This document shows, in pieces, positions 54,666 through 64,000 of a stretch of 64,000 nucleotides of DNA. This DNA comes from a virus: IMG/VR virus record IMGVR_UViG_3300002334_000292; one strand, 5' to 3'. The stretch's first letter is position 1, and each line of letters opens with the position of its first letter. A program made the translations under genes and the position numbers. The notes under the pieces were generated by a model. It ran no database searches and was not told the DNA's origin. It saw only the letters and a list, made by a program, of their open reading frames with translations.

Positions 54666-56860
54666 TGGCAAAACGCGAACTGCAGACTCTGATCTTCGAT
54701 ATCGAAAGTGATGGTCTGCTCCCGACAATGACGAAAATCCACTGCTTAGCTATCCGCGAGTATGAGACTGGACAGGTGTGGCGTTTTCGTAAAAACAAAA
54801 AAGAAGATACCATCGCAAAAGGTATCACCATGCTCCAGAAAGCCAAAGTGCTTGTTGGGCAGAACATCATTGATTTTGATATCCCAGCCATTCAATTAGT
54901 TTTTCCAGACTTTGATCCTGTTGGATTAATCGAAGACACACTGGTTTATGTACGGTTGCTTTTTGCCAATCAGAAAGACAAAGATTTTGAACCATGGCGC
55001 AGAGGTAAACACCCCGGCAACTTAATTGGTCACCAGTCGTTGGATGCATGGGGCCATCGCCTTGGGCTGCACAAAGGTGATTACAAAAAAGAGATGGAAG
55101 CAAAAGCTAAAGCTCTTGGGCTCACTGACAAAGAGGAAATCAGTTTCTTTGTTTGGGGTGAGTGGAATCAGAATATGGACGATTATTGCCTCGGCGACAT
55201 TGATGTCAATACGAAACTATGGACGCATTGTCTTGCGCAAAGATTCCCACAAGGACCAATTGATTTTGAGCATGAGTTTCACGAATTTGCGTGTAAGCTA
55301 TCTGCTGACGGTTTCCCATTTGACATTGCGCGTGCCAAAGTCTTGGCAGAGGAATTGATTGCTGATTCTGACGTACTTGTTGAGCAAGCAAAAGAATTTT
55401 ATGGAAGATGGTTTGCCCCGGGCAGAAAACACATAATTGAAATGCTCTGGGACGATCCTGACGGAAAGAACGCCAAGAAGACATATGAAAAACCTCGCAC
55501 CGAATATGGTGAAGACAGGTCCCGTTCGATCTGGGCAGAGGTTGACGTATCAAAACGCACAACAGCGTACAAATCCCTTTACACCAAGCGCACAAATAAA
55601 AAGACCGGCGTGGAAAAAGTCACTATGAACTATGACAAGTTCGAGGACGCATTTGTTTCTAAGGTACAGATCAAAGATTTCAAACCAACATCTCGCCAAA
55701 TGATTGTGGATCGCTTCACAACTATTTATGGATGGGAGCCGAAAGAATTTACCGATGGCGGCGCTCCATCTGTCAATGATGATGTGTTACAAAATCTGAT
55801 CGGTATAATCCCAATGGCAGAAGAGCTGGCGGAAATTTTCTACCTATCAAAACGTGTGGGTATGATTGCCACCGGACCAAATGCTTGGCTCAATCAAGTG
55901 GGAGAAGATGGGGCGATCCACCATAGATTGAATGGGGGTGGAACTATTTCCGGGCGTTGTTCTCACTCATTCCCAAATGTTGGGCAGGTACCAAAAGTCA
56001 AGCTTGCTAAAGTCTTTGATGTGAACGGAGAGGTAAACACAAAATTCATTTCCGGCGATGGCACTATATCTCCACTCGTCTTTGATGCTGATGGTGAATA
56101 TAAGAAGAATGCTATCTTAACTGGACGCAACGGTGATCATGGCTGGGACTGCCGCCGACTATTCTATACGCCACCTGGCTGGGTGCAGGTAGGCTGCGAT
56201 CTGTCTGGTATCGAATTGCGCTGCTTGGCATCACTAGCTGCACCCTATGACAATGGCTATTTGATTGACCAAATATTGAATGGGGATATTCACACTGCGA
56301 ATCAACACGCTGCCGGATTGCCAACCCGGGACATGGCTAAGACATTTATTTACGCTCTGGTGTACGGCGCTGGCGATGTGAAGATTGGATCGATTGTTGA
56401 TCCACTCGCCGACGAAGAAACACAAAGAGCAAGAGGCAAGGAACTAAAAGAAAGCTTCTTTAGCAAGCTGCCCGGACTTGCCGCTGCTGTGAAAATGATT
56501 AAACGTGAAGCCAAACGAGGCTGGATCGAAGGACTTGACGGTCGCCGATTATTTGTCCGCTCACCTCACTCAGCACTAAATCTTAGACTGCAATCTGATG
56601 GAGCCGTACTAGCAAAACGGTGGACCTTGATTGCCATCGACAAACTGCTCGACGCTGGACATCAATGGGGTTGGGATGGCGATTTTGTATTCATGGCATT
56701 CGTACACGATGAACACCAAACAGCTGTGAAACCACACCTGAGAGATTACATGAAAGAACTGATGGTGCAATCAGCAAAAGAAGCTGGAGAATTCTATAAT
56801 TTCGGAATGGAAGTGGCTGCAGAGTCAAAACACGGCATAAATTGGAGCGAATGTCACTAA
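54665..56860 (+). CDS. Family A (T7-like) DNA polymerase with 3'-5' exonuclease domain
   Basis: Exo I FDIESDG; motif A DLSGIELR; motif B RDMAKTFIYALVYGAG; motif C VHDE. Confidence 0.9.
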   Translation: MAKRELQTLIFDIESDGLLPTMTKIHCLAIREYETGQVWRFRKNKKEDTIAKGITMLQKAKVLVGQNIIDFDIPAIQLVFPDFDPVGLIEDTLVYVRLLFANQKDKDFEPWRRGKHPGNLIGHQSLDAWGHRLGLHKGDYKKEMEAKAKALGLTDKEEISFFVWGEWNQNMDDYCLGDIDVNTKLWTHCLAQRFPQGPIDFEHEFHEFACKLSADGFPFDIARAKVLAEELIADSDVLVEQAKEFYGRWFAPGRKHIIEMLWDDPDGKNAKKTYEKPRTEYGEDRSRSIWAEVDVSKRTTAYKSLYTKRTNKKTGVEKVTMNYDKFEDAFVSKVQIKDFKPTSRQMIVDRFTTIYGWEPKEFTDGGAPSVNDDVLQNLIGIIPMAEELAEIFYLSKRVGMIATGPNAWLNQVGEDGAIHHRLNGGGTISGRCSHSFPNVGQVPKVKLAKVFDVNGEVNTKFISGDGTISPLVFDADGEYKKNAILTGRNGDHGWDCRRLFYTPPGWVQVGCDLSGIELRCLASLAAPYDNGYLIDQILNGDIHTANQHAAGLPTRDMAKTFIYALVYGAGDVKIGSIVDPLADEETQRARGKELKESFFSKLPGLAAAVKMIKREAKRGWIEGLDGRRLFVRSPHSALNLRLQSDGAVLAKRWTLIAIDKLLDAGHQWGWDGDFVFMAFVHDEHQTAVKPHLRDYMKELMVQSAKEAGEFYNFGMEVAAESKHGINWSECH

Positions 56861-56933
56861 TTTATCCATTTGCCTGTTGACATCTGTTAACTATTAATGT
56901 TAAACACCCTTATTAACCTTTTAAGGCTTGAAT

Positions 56934-57602
56934 ATGACGCAAAAATCTTATCTAGTTTTCGATACGGAGACAACAGGTGCAGCATGTAAAGACGATTTTA
57001 CATACGAAGGCGCAGACGCTCCAGTTCAATTCTATGGTGGGCTATTCATTCCGCCAAAAGACCTATCGGAATGGTTTAAGATCGATGGAAAAAATTTGAT
57101 CCCAACCGGTGAGATGCGCGCGCAGCAAGAATTCAATATGCTGATCTGCGTACACAAAGGTAAGAAAGTACATCCAGGCGCTCTAAAAGTACACGGCATC
57201 ACTGACGAGGTTGCCAACAAGTATGGCATGAGTACGTCAAATGCTGCCCACATTATTTCTGACATGATCAATGTCGCAGATGTCGCAGTCGCACATAATA
57301 TTGATTTCGACCGGCGCATTATTAATCACCTGATGTACCGCGAAGGTTTAATCAACGGCGAAGATTTTAAAGTAGGCATATGGGAAGATACTGAGATGTA
57401 TTGCACCATGCGCAGCCTCGAAAATGTCTGCAAAATCCCCGGAAGAAATGGTTATAAATGGCCTAAGCTTATCGAAGCATATCGCCACTTTTTCAACAAA
57501 GACTTTGAAGGTGATGCTCACGATGCATCTGCCGACTCAATCGCCTGTGCAGAGATTTTCTTTGCCAAAATGTTCTTGGAGCAACAAGATGGTTCAGCTT
57601 AA
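56934..57602 (+). CDS. DnaQ-like DEDDh 3'-5' exonuclease
   Basis: FDTETTG, AHNIDFD, HDASADS; the track start is TTG, re-picked to the ATG at 56934. Confidence 0.65.
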   Translation: MTQKSYLVFDTETTGAACKDDFTYEGADAPVQFYGGLFIPPKDLSEWFKIDGKNLIPTGEMRAQQEFNMLICVHKGKKVHPGALKVHGITDEVANKYGMSTSNAAHIISDMINVADVAVAHNIDFDRRIINHLMYREGLINGEDFKVGIWEDTEMYCTMRSLENVCKIPGRNGYKWPKLIEAYRHFFNKDFEGDAHDASADSIACAEIFFAKMFLEQQDGSA

Positions 57603-58647
57603 TTTTGAAGATATGTTCGACAGCTATGTTGCAAGTAATCAAAAAACATGGGCGCATGATCGCTCTAAAACAATCGGTGCATCTGAAATGTTTGCTTGCA
57701 TCCGCAAAGTAGGCTTGGACAAACGCGCCGAAGAATTCGGCTACGAAGTTGATGAAGGGCACGAAGATAATTGGGGTGCCATGGAACGTGGTAATTTGAT
57801 AGAAGATCATTGGGTTGTGCCAGTTCTCGATCATGCTCTTCCACAGGGTGTTGGCTTTCTATTTGCTGGCGATGATCAAAAAACATTCATTGATGGGATC
57901 GTGTCGGCAACACCAGATGGACTATTGGTCGATCTGAAAAAAGATGCTCTGGCGCATTACGGCATTGACGATATAAAATCAGATTGTGTTGGTTTTGAAA
58001 TCAAATCAATTGATCCTCGCGTCACGCTTTCAGATGCAAAATTGATCCACAGTGGTCAGGCCCAGATGCAGATGGACTTGGTGCGTAAAAACACAGAGTT
58101 CAAGCCGAACTTCACAATCATCCTATATGTGGATGCGTCTTTTTTGAACGACATGAAAGTGTTCATCGTTGAGTACGATCCAAATATTCCAAAAGCCGGA
58201 AGACAGCGCGCAGAGAAAATCTTCAACGTGGAGTCACTTGCCGAGCTACAACCAGAAGGTAAATTGGGGAACGACTGCCAGTATTGTAAATGGAGGTATG
58301 CTTGCGCCGACATCAGCGGAGATGCCATCCCAACAGAAACCAAAGCGCACGATGTTGATCCAGAACTTATGGATCGCATTGCTGATCTGGTTGATAAAGA
58401 GCGCCAAGCTGCCGAGTATGAAAAAGGTGCAAAAGAAGATAAAGAGTTGCTGCGAGCAAATATTAAGCAAGCCCTCATAGAAGCTGATGTGCGAATCTTG
58501 GGTGACGAACGATTTAAAGTCACATGGACCATGCAGAAAGGCCGCACGACTTTTGATAAAGCAGCAGCTATTGCAGCCGGTCTCGAACTAGATGGTTTTT
58601 CAAAAACCGGACCAGGTTTCGAAAAAATGACGATCAAAAAACTTTAA
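57589..58647 (+). CDS. YqaJ/lambda-exonuclease-like PD-(D/E)XK recombination exonuclease
   Basis: TIGASEMF, PDGLLVD, FEIKSI (D...ExK); GGAG RBS. Confidence 0.55.
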   Translation: MVQLNFEDMFDSYVASNQKTWAHDRSKTIGASEMFACIRKVGLDKRAEEFGYEVDEGHEDNWGAMERGNLIEDHWVVPVLDHALPQGVGFLFAGDDQKTFIDGIVSATPDGLLVDLKKDALAHYGIDDIKSDCVGFEIKSIDPRVTLSDAKLIHSGQAQMQMDLVRKNTEFKPNFTIILYVDASFLNDMKVFIVEYDPNIPKAGRQRAEKIFNVESLAELQPEGKLGNDCQYCKWRYACADISGDAIPTETKAHDVDPELMDRIADLVDKERQAAEYEKGAKEDKELLRANIKQALIEADVRILGDERFKVTWTMQKGRTTFDKAAAIAAGLELDGFSKTGPGFEKMTIKKL

Positions 58648-58842
58648 GGAAGCAACATGTTTGGAATAGTGAATGTGCAATGTCAGATGTTTTGGCTAGA
58701 CAAAGACTGTTCCTATACTGAAAGCTTCGACAAAAAATTAGGGCTTATGGATATCTGGTTGTTTATCGGTCCCCTACTAATTCAAATAACCAGAAAAATG
58801 AGCATTGAACAATTTAATGCCACAACCGATCAGGAGTAAAAT

Positions 58843-59826
58843 ATGACCGGAAAAGAAGTAAGTACAATCGTATCAGCAGAAGACGCAGGTAGCGCGCTAC
58901 TCGCCTCTCTGAATCAAGGCGTAAATCCATGGGCTGACATGCTCAAAGATTTGGGCGATTTCTTTGGTGCCTTCATGAAGCTCAGTGGCCAGACCGGTGA
59001 GATCACATACAAAGATGGCGAAAAAGAAATCGATATCGAAACACCGGCTCGATTTTGGGTGAACGTTCCTTCAATGACCTACGGCTACAATTGCTGGGTT
59101 GGTGGTGAACGTGTTGACTCTGAATCCGACCTCTGGGTTAACAAGCACACGCTGAAATCCAAAAAAGAGCTTGCGGACCACGGCCCGTATGACGAAGAAG
59201 AAAATGAAGGCTGGCAGGAATTTTACGGTCTGCATCTGATTCATGAAAATGAAGATGGCGAAGATGTGAAACTTTCCTACAACGCAGCAAGCGGAAGTGC
59301 CAAGCGCGCAGTCCGCATGTTCATGAAGTCCTATGCTGAACAAGTTCGTCAGCAAATGACCGAAGGCGGCGAATTGCCGGTACCGTGCATTGAGATTACG
59401 GTGACGAAATTCAAAACCAAAGCGAAGAAAATTATCTTCCCTCCTAACTTTGAAATTGTCAATTGGGCAGATGCATCTGAATTTGCCGAAGACTTTGCAA
59501 TGGGTCAGGACGACGACGATAATTACGAAGAAGATGATCGCACCGAAGCCAGTGGCAGCGGAGAGGATGATTCTTCGAACTACGACCAAAATGAAAACGA
59601 TGATGTAACTGACATCGATCCTGATACCGGTGAGCCGGTTGATGAATCCAAAGGTGAAAAAGAAGCAGAGAAACCTGCCGAAAAACCTAAGGGTCGTGGA
59701 CGTGGCGGACGTGCTTCAACAAAGGCTAAATCAACCTCGAAGCACGAGGGTCCTCAAGATGAGGCTCCGAAAGAAAAACCTAAGGCGTCACGCGGTCGCG
59801 GACGCGGACGTGGTAAAGCGAAGTAA
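58843..59826 (+). CDS. putative ssDNA-binding / annealing protein (acidic region plus C-terminal RGG tail)
   Basis: Sits downstream of the exonuclease; DDDDNYEEDD acidic block then RGRGGR...RGRGRGRG. Confidence 0.4.
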   Translation: MTGKEVSTIVSAEDAGSALLASLNQGVNPWADMLKDLGDFFGAFMKLSGQTGEITYKDGEKEIDIETPARFWVNVPSMTYGYNCWVGGERVDSESDLWVNKHTLKSKKELADHGPYDEEENEGWQEFYGLHLIHENEDGEDVKLSYNAASGSAKRAVRMFMKSYAEQVRQQMTEGGELPVPCIEITVTKFKTKAKKIIFPPNFEIVNWADASEFAEDFAMGQDDDDNYEEDDRTEASGSGEDDSSNYDQNENDDVTDIDPDTGEPVDESKGEKEAEKPAEKPKGRGRGGRASTKAKSTSKHEGPQDEAPKEKPKASRGRGRGRGKAK

Positions 59827-59900
59827 TTAATCGCTCTACATATGAAAAAGTTTCGGGCTGCGATAGTGTGGCCCGAAACATCTTCAAGCTTAGGAATATT

Positions 59901-61253
59901 ATGACCGACATCACTTTATCAGATATGCAATGGGACGCAGTGAAGGCCGCAAAAAAATGGTTCGACGTATCTATCCCGGGTAAGTCTGATTCATTCTATT
60001 TAGCCGGACTTGCTGGATCAGGTAAGAGTACAGTTCTCCCTGACATAGTAGACTACCTCGGCATTGATCCGACCGATGTAGAATTTCTTGCACCCACCGG
60101 GCGCGCGGCGCGAGTTATGACAAAGAAATTACGAGTACAGTTCGGGCGCACCGCACTGGCAACAACAATTCACAAATCAATTTACATCCCGAGCCATACA
60201 GAAGTTGATAGGCTCTTAAAATTGGTCGAGCAGCTGCAACATTACATCATCAACGAGCCAGGCGCAGAACTAAAGCAGCCGATTGCTGGTACACTTTTAC
60301 CTGACGTAGCTCTGGCAGCAATAAGTAAGCGGCTGGACTCTGCCTACGGAGATGATCAACATTCTATGCCTCACTTCATGGTCAACATGGAGAGCAAGCT
60401 GAGAGAACGCCGCCTCATTATCTGTGACGAAGCGTCAATGGTTGGTTCTCGTGTCGCTGCCGATTTGAAGAGTTTTGGTATCCCGATCCTTGCTCTGGGT
60501 GATCCCGGGCAGTTGCCTCCAGTGAGAGATACTGCTGGATTATCTGATGGTGAGCCAGATTTCTTTCTATCCGAAATACACCGGCAAGCAGCCGACAATC
60601 CAATCATCAGAATAGCCCACCAATTACGCAAAGGCATCTATCCACAATATGGACATTATGATGGGCTCGTGCATGTTGTGACGCCGCAAGACGACGAATG
60701 GACCGTAAACCCAGATTATAATGGTCAGGTGATTGCCGGTACCCACAAGAAACGTTTCATTCTGACGGATAAAATTCGTAAGTCTATGGGATTTACATCT
60801 GATGGTCCAATGGAAGATGAACTGTTGATCGTCAAGAAGAATTCAAAACGCCATCCCGATCTTGTAAATGGTACGCCGGTCTGGTGTACGAAAAGCTCTG
60901 GTGCTGATGAAGATGGCTCACTGACATCTGGCTACTCAACTATGGATTTGTCTATCGAAGATGAAGACACAGGATTGAAATATGATGTCACTGCCGTTCA
61001 GGGATTATTCGAGGAACAACAGTTTCACAAAAAAGGCAAGCATACATGCAGCGGTCAGGCAAATCATTTTGCTAAAGTGAAACATGAACACGTCGAGTTT
61101 GGTTGGGTGATCACCGGTCATTCATCACAGGGATCACAGTGGGAAAATGTAATCGTACATGACGAGAGTCAGGTATTCCGTGAAGCTGCGCACAAGTGGG
61201 CTTATACCTGCTGCACACGCGCCGAAAAAGAACTCGTTTGGGTTATGAGATAG
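59901..61253 (+). CDS. Dda/RecD-like SF1 helicase
   Basis: GLAGSGKST, ICDEASMV, LGDPGQLPPV, ITGHSSQGSQW, YTCCTRAEKEL; track GTG start replaced by the ATG at 59901. Confidence 0.8.
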   Translation: MTDITLSDMQWDAVKAAKKWFDVSIPGKSDSFYLAGLAGSGKSTVLPDIVDYLGIDPTDVEFLAPTGRAARVMTKKLRVQFGRTALATTIHKSIYIPSHTEVDRLLKLVEQLQHYIINEPGAELKQPIAGTLLPDVALAAISKRLDSAYGDDQHSMPHFMVNMESKLRERRLIICDEASMVGSRVAADLKSFGIPILALGDPGQLPPVRDTAGLSDGEPDFFLSEIHRQAADNPIIRIAHQLRKGIYPQYGHYDGLVHVVTPQDDEWTVNPDYNGQVIAGTHKKRFILTDKIRKSMGFTSDGPMEDELLIVKKNSKRHPDLVNGTPVWCTKSSGADEDGSLTSGYSTMDLSIEDEDTGLKYDVTAVQGLFEEQQFHKKGKHTCSGQANHFAKVKHEHVEFGWVITGHSSQGSQWENVIVHDESQVFREAAHKWAYTCCTRAEKELVWVMR

Positions 61254-61262
61254 GAGAATTCT

Positions 61263-61847
61263 ATGACTAAGATTATTGCAATTTGCGGATTCAAAGGTTC
61301 AGGCAAAGATGAGGTAGCCAAGCGCCTTCCTGATGCATATGTGAATTTAAAGTTTGCCGGACCATTGAAAGATATGATCCGTGTTCTCTTTGAAGCTCAG
61401 GGAATGTCCGGCGTAGAGCTGGAGCGATATATCGAAGGAGATATGAAGGAAATACCATCCGAGTATCTGAATGGCAAGACATCGCGCGAAGCCCAACAAA
61501 CCATTGGAACTGAATGGGGTCGCGATTTGATATCTCCGACACTCTGGGCTGACATTTTGGAGCGTAGTTGCGAGCATCACGATTTCGTTGTCGTCACTGA
61601 CATGCGCTTTCCGAATGAATTTGAACTGATGGAACGCTTGGGCGCAATAACGGTCAGGGTCGAGCGCGCCGGGCAAAACAGCAATGAATTTTCTGATCAC
61701 CCATCAGAGAGATATATCAGCACATTCGATGTCGGATACGTCATTGACAATGATGGGTCTTTGGATGATCTCGACAAGAAAGTCAGCGAGCTGCTGACTG
61801 ATGTTCAACGCGAAGAAGACTTCGCTAACGGCGGGAATTACAACTAA
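61263..61847 (+). CDS. deoxynucleoside monophosphate kinase
   Basis: P-loop ICGFKGSGKD and VVTDMRFPNE. Confidence 0.7.
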   Translation: MTKIIAICGFKGSGKDEVAKRLPDAYVNLKFAGPLKDMIRVLFEAQGMSGVELERYIEGDMKEIPSEYLNGKTSREAQQTIGTEWGRDLISPTLWADILERSCEHHDFVVVTDMRFPNEFELMERLGAITVRVERAGQNSNEFSDHPSERYISTFDVGYVIDNDGSLDDLDKKVSELLTDVQREEDFANGGNYN

Positions 61848-61848
61848 T

Positions 61849-62808
61849 ATGACCATTACAGCCAAAGTAATTGCACACTCAACCCATCCCGGTTGCCCGG
61901 ACATCATTACGATGGAGCTTTCATATAATCGCTTCATCCACGCAGAATTCATGACTCATCGTGAGTTCTCACGCAACGCCTCATCATCGCGCGCCATTCC
62001 AGCTGCTCGTCAGCTGCAGATGATTCTTGATGATACTGCTAAACCAGAAGTGTGGGGATCGAACAAACCTGGCATGCAGGCTGGCGCTGAGTTGACTGGA
62101 ATGAAACTTTGGGCTGCAAAGAAATTGTGGGGCATGGCTGCGCGGATCAATGTTGGGCTGGCGCGAGCAATGAATCGTCTCGGCGTACATAAGCAGATCG
62201 TCAACCGTATCTGCGAACCATATGCTCACATCAAGGTGGTGGTTACATCTACCAACTGGTCGAACTTCTTGGCTCTTAGAGACCACCCGGACGCCCAGCC
62301 TGAGATCGCAATCTTGGCGCGCGCCATTCGCAGCGCTTTGGAAGCGCCACATGAGATATTGAAGCTGACACAATATGGCTGGCATCTCCCATATGTTACT
62401 GATGCTGATTTCCAACTCATTAATAATTACATCTTACATGTCAATGAACATGGTGGAAGTACAGTAACTGACACACCCCTAACTATTGCTTTAAGAATTT
62501 CTGTAGCTAGATGCGCTCGCGTCAGTTATTTTGTTTTTGGAGACTCTAATATGCTACCAACTGTTGAGTCAGACCTTGCACTTTATTTTAAGTTGGTTGG
62601 TGGCTATCCTCTGCACGCAAGCCCGGCAGAGCATCAGGCAAGTCCGATACCACCATTATTCCAAAAAGCCAATGGTGGTGTTGATGTGACTGGAAATCTT
62701 CGCGGATGGAAACAGTATCGCAAAACCTTGATAGGTGAATCCGTGCTTGATCCAGAACAGTGGAAGCAAGACAAATTCACAAATTTCGCACACAACCCAG
62801 CAGAATAA
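61849..62808 (+). CDS. thyX: flavin-dependent thymidylate synthase
   Basis: FMTHREFSRNASSSRAIP resembles the ThyX RHR-x7-S signature. Confidence 0.65.
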   Translation: MTITAKVIAHSTHPGCPDIITMELSYNRFIHAEFMTHREFSRNASSSRAIPAARQLQMILDDTAKPEVWGSNKPGMQAGAELTGMKLWAAKKLWGMAARINVGLARAMNRLGVHKQIVNRICEPYAHIKVVVTSTNWSNFLALRDHPDAQPEIAILARAIRSALEAPHEILKLTQYGWHLPYVTDADFQLINNYILHVNEHGGSTVTDTPLTIALRISVARCARVSYFVFGDSNMLPTVESDLALYFKLVGGYPLHASPAEHQASPIPPLFQKANGGVDVTGNLRGWKQYRKTLIGESVLDPEQWKQDKFTNFAHNPAE

Positions 62809-62814
62809 ATTTTT

Positions 62815-63180
62815 ATGACCACAGAAAATCAAGAGGCGGTCGAACCGTCCAAAGAAGAATTACAGGAACTACGCGACGAGGGGCTTACCCGCGACGAGAT
62901 AGCTGCGATCTATGAGACTTCAACATCTCAGGTAAAACGATGGTTGGCGGATTACAAGATCGTGAAAACCATTACTCAGCCAAATATGAATCTGATACCG
63001 GCTGCAACCGAGAATCTTAATTGGGATGCTGGGATGCCGGTGATGGAGAGATGCAAATTTCGTCTCGGTGAGCGCATGACAGAAGATAGCAGAGGATACC
63101 GCCTTGACGGTCGCCCTACATCTTCCAAAGATTTGATATTAGCTGCTGGTCTACCCCTCGCAGACCGCGCACTGAGTTAG
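62815..63180 (+). CDS. hypothetical protein
   Basis: ORF. Confidence 0.4.
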   Translation: MTTENQEAVEPSKEELQELRDEGLTRDEIAAIYETSTSQVKRWLADYKIVKTITQPNMNLIPAATENLNWDAGMPVMERCKFRLGERMTEDSRGYRLDGRPTSSKDLILAAGLPLADRALS

Positions 63181-64000
63181 AGCTCTATTGAGTTCTTGAG
63201 ATAAACTAGTGCTTCGCTGATAATAGAGGGTCTTCACTTTTCTTTCCCACGCATAAATTAACAGTTCATGAATATCTTTGACCGGCGTATCTGGATGGAT
63301 CATCAGATTGATTGATTGCGACTGATCAATATAAGGGGCACGGTCGGCGGCTTGATCAATGATCGACATTTGCGACACTTCACCGAATGTTTTGAACACA
63401 TCTTTCTCATCTTGAGAGAGGAAGTGCAAATGTGACACCGATCCACCATTCATCAAAATCGATTTCCAAGTAGGTGCCGTGTTCCAGCCTTTGCTTTCCA
63501 ACAGAGCTTCCAAGAACTCGTTTTTTATAGGGAAATTGCCCTTGGCGAGCTTTTCGGTGTAATAATTGGAGTTTCTGGGCTCGATAGACTTTGAAACCTT
63601 ACCAAGGATGAACGAGGATGAGGTTGTAGGGGCAAGAGCCATTCTGGTAGCATTGCGGTAGCCGTAACCCTCTAAAACCTCTGGTTCACCAAATGAGAGG
63701 GCCAATTCTCTGCTCGCCTCTGCAGATTGCTCATTCAGCTGTATAAAGATGGTTTTGTTCAGAGCCCGGGCATATAGTCCGTCGAAAGCAAGCATATTGC
63801 TCTGCAGGTAAGAATGCCAGCCGAGCACACCAAGACCGACCGATCGGTGACGCTTTGCAAACCGGTGAGCGCAATCCATAAGGGGCACGCCCTCGGTTTT
63901 TTGAATGTACTCTTCCATCACGCTGTCCAGAAAATACATCATATTTCGGACAAGGTTGGTTTCTTTCCAATCGTCATAATAAAGGAGGTTCACCGAGGAC
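63151..64000 (-). CDS. nrdA: ribonucleotide reductase large subunit, C-terminal part (N-terminus lies beyond the window)
   Basis: C-terminal TLYYQRS (conserved Tyr-Tyr) and CAVCEG tail. Confidence 0.7.
   Translation of the reverse strand, partial: SSVNLLYYDDWKETNLVRNMMYFLDSVMEEYIQKTEGVPLMDCAHRFAKRHRSVGLGVLGWHSYLQSNMLAFDGLYARALNKTIFIQLNEQSAEASRELALSFGEPEVLEGYGYRNATRMALAPTTSSSFILGKVSKSIEPRNSNYYTEKLAKGNFPIKNEFLEALLESKGWNTAPTWKSILMNGGSVSHLHFLSQDEKDVFKTFGEVSQMSIIDQAADRAPYIDQSQSINLMIHPDTPVKDIHELLIYAWERKVKTLYYQRSTSLSQELNRALTQCAVCEG

Noticed and set aside
58056-58637. Track ORF (-) of 193 aa, Ser/Ala-rich
   Set aside because: Antisense to the PD-(D/E)XK exonuclease gene; low-complexity shadow ORF.

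Overview
This window looks like part of a large lytic dsDNA phage genome from a Gram-negative host; I cannot name the phage. Throughout, ORF starts are approximate to within a few nucleotides, because the supplied ORF track uses ATG/GTG/TTG starts and many were re-picked by eye from RBS position or ATGA/TAATG overlaps. It opens with a minus-strand tRNA cluster (about 110-2054): roughly nine canonical-looking tRNAs (Lys-UUU, three CAU, Ile-GAU, Trp-CCA, Ala-UGC, Asn-GUU, two long-variable-arm tRNAs) interleaved with three tRNA-like elements that keep the acceptor and T arms but have no readable anticodon arm. A minus-strand gene block follows (2249-19573): secreted protein and lipoprotein genes, a 1.4-kb non-coding structured region, ATP-dependent DNA ligase, an 895-aa and a 576-aa protein of unknown function, a 12-gene island of small proteins bounded by GTTAACC palindromic operators and iteron-like tandem repeats, and terminase small and large subunits. 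A RuvC-like resolvase gene (19651-20184) and a divergent AT-rich promoter region (about 20200-20880) precede a long plus-strand block (20884-63180). That block carries many small genes plus recognisable replication and nucleotide-metabolism genes: a Spo11/TopoVI-A-like Toprim protein, a HAD phosphatase, an SPFH/NfeD pair, NatV and NadV (NAD+ salvage), a MazG-like protein, a DnaQ-like exonuclease, RtcB RNA ligase, a tyrosine recombinase, SNF2 helicase, an HD hydrolase, a DNA methyltransferase, a metallophosphoesterase, T7-like family A DNA polymerase, a second DnaQ-like exonuclease, a PD-(D/E)XK exonuclease, a Dda-like helicase, dNMP kinase and ThyX. Short minus-strand runs interrupt it: a GGQ release-factor-like gene next to a lone tRNA-like element, lipoprotein esterase, thioredoxin-like and P4/D5-type primase-helicase genes (42947-48071), and the C-terminal part of NrdA running off the window end. 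The most system-like candidates are (1) the RtcB, GGQ peptidyl-tRNA-hydrolase-like protein and tRNA-like element module, (2) a stand-alone Spo11/TopoVI-A-like protein, and (3) the operator- and iteron-bounded island of small genes. All functional calls come from motifs read by eye; no database searches were run.
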